Shown piece by piece: positions 62,960-64,000 of a stretch of 64,000 bases of DNA. The position numbers and the translations under genes were made by a program. The notes beneath the pieces were generated by a model. The model saw nothing but the letters and a program-made list of their open reading frames with translations, did not search any database and was not told the origin of the DNA. Positions within the stretch are counted from its first letter, which is position 1; each line of letters opens with the position of its first letter. The stretch is from Glaucostegus cemiculus (taxonomy: Eukaryota), in the NCBI GenBank assembly GCA_976551045.1, contig CDPCPM010000026.1:14322001-14386000 (forward strand), read 5' to 3'.

Positions 62960-64000
62960 AACAAATCAGTGACTTCATATTTAAACTTCAATCGAAATTT
63001 AAATTCAGATAACGGTCTAGATTTGGGGATAATAGTATCAACTAATCTTAGTAATGATAACCATAAAATCTACCAGATTATCATGAAAGTAAACAAGTGA
63101 TTCTCAGGGAGGAAAGTTGCCATCCTTGTCTGGTCTGGTCTATATTTGACTGCAGTCTCACTGGTGTAGCGGCTAGCATAACGCTATTACAGTGCCAGTG
63201 ACCCAGCTTCAATTCTGGCCTCTGTCTGTAAGGAGTTTGTACGTTCTCCCTGTGCTTGTGTGGGTTTCCTCCAGGTGCTCCGGTTTCTTCCCACATTCCA
63301 AAGACGTACAGGTTAGGGAGTTGTCGTCATGCTATGTTGGCGCCAGAAACGTTGCGGACTACCCCCAGAATACTCTACACAAAGCTGCATTTCACTGTAT
63401 GTTTTGATGTGACTGATAAAGATACCTTACCTTATCTTATGTGGTTAACACTGGAAAATCCTAGCAAGCCATTCAGTTATACCATTACTACCACATTCAG
63501 AGAAAGAATAAAAGCAGACAGACCACCCAGCATCAACCTTGGCACCAAATTCAAGCTTGACAAAGTCACCCCCAGCTGAGTTGACATTATAAAATCATCC
63601 TTATAAGCTTCTGTGGACTGGTAGTTGAATTGGGAGAGCTGTCCCACAGATTCATCAAGCAACAGCAAAACATAATGCGAATCACAGAATCTTAGCCTCC
63701 AAACAATGTGCCAGGATCCTCCATCACAATCCCAGGGTACATCCTTCCCTGCTGACAGGACAGATCCGCCAAGGGTGGCAGCACAGTGGTATAAAGATCG
63801 GAAGGAGTCACCTTGGAGCCCTCAGTGTAGTCACCAGACCTCATAAAGTTTCATGGCATCAGGTCAAACATGGGCAAGGAAACCTCCTCCTGTGTACCAT
63901 CCACCCTCAGCTGATGAATCAGTGTTCCTCCATATTGAACAATACATGTAAGAAGCACTGAAAGTAAAAATGGCACAAAATGAACCCTGGGTGAGGGATT
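62960..64000 (+). mobile_element. CR1-clade LINE 5' part: SINE-like 5' region followed directly by an APE endonuclease pseudogene (continues beyond the window)
   Basis: LGELSHRFIKQQQNIMRITES*...ITIPGYILPC*QDRSAKGGSTVV...VSWHQVKHGQGNLLL..PPSADESVFLHIE...WVRD carries APE motifs (PDI..ITES, R.DR..RGGG, YRPP, GDFN). Confidence 0.85.
63161..63440 (+). mobile_element. V-SINE (Rex/Babar-like tail) nested in the LINE 5' region
   Basis: 'ggtgtagcggctagcataacgctattacagtgccagtgaccc...tgggtttcctccaggtgctccggtttcttcccacattccaaagacg...tttcactgtatgttttgatgtgactgataaagataccttaccttatcttat'. Confidence 0.9.

Noticed and set aside
1-64000. Novel multi-gene (prokaryote-style defence or mobile) system
   Set aside because: There are no operon-like or long intact ORFs. 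Every recognisable coding motif belongs to a decayed eukaryotic transposon, and the remaining 60-120 aa ORFs are consistent with chance.

Overview
This is eukaryotic, AT-rich vertebrate non-coding DNA (intergenic or deep intronic). The repeat families point to a cartilaginous fish, probably a batoid (ray or sawfish); that is an inference from repeat content alone. I could not support any intact host protein-coding gene, tRNA or rRNA gene, or CRISPR array. All recognisable coding motifs are decayed transposon remnants: CR1, a CR1-clade LINE with a tRNA-like head, Rex1/Babar, RTE and L2 LINEs; Penelope-like elements (GIY-YIG domain plus pseudo-LTRs carrying degenerate minimal hammerhead ribozymes); V-SINEs and a Deu-type SINE; many PIF/Harbinger pieces (DDE transposase and Myb/SANT ORF2); a pogo/Tigger fragment; and an apparently end-to-end non-autonomous Helitron (29305-31536). 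There is a 132-N assembly gap at 14494-14625. The most notable structures are a ~135-bp near-identical inverted duplication bracketing a 1.74-kb segment with an enhancer-like core (49919-51933), a template-switch hairpin inside a Harbinger remnant with a miR-17-type seed (38263-38311), a perfect 20-bp fold-back at a Penelope truncation point (5893-5938), V-SINEs with swapped LINE tails, and several candidate conserved enhancers. No new multi-gene system is evident. All family calls come from motif recognition by eye and need RepeatMasker/Dfam or HMM confirmation; boundaries of degraded copies are approximate.
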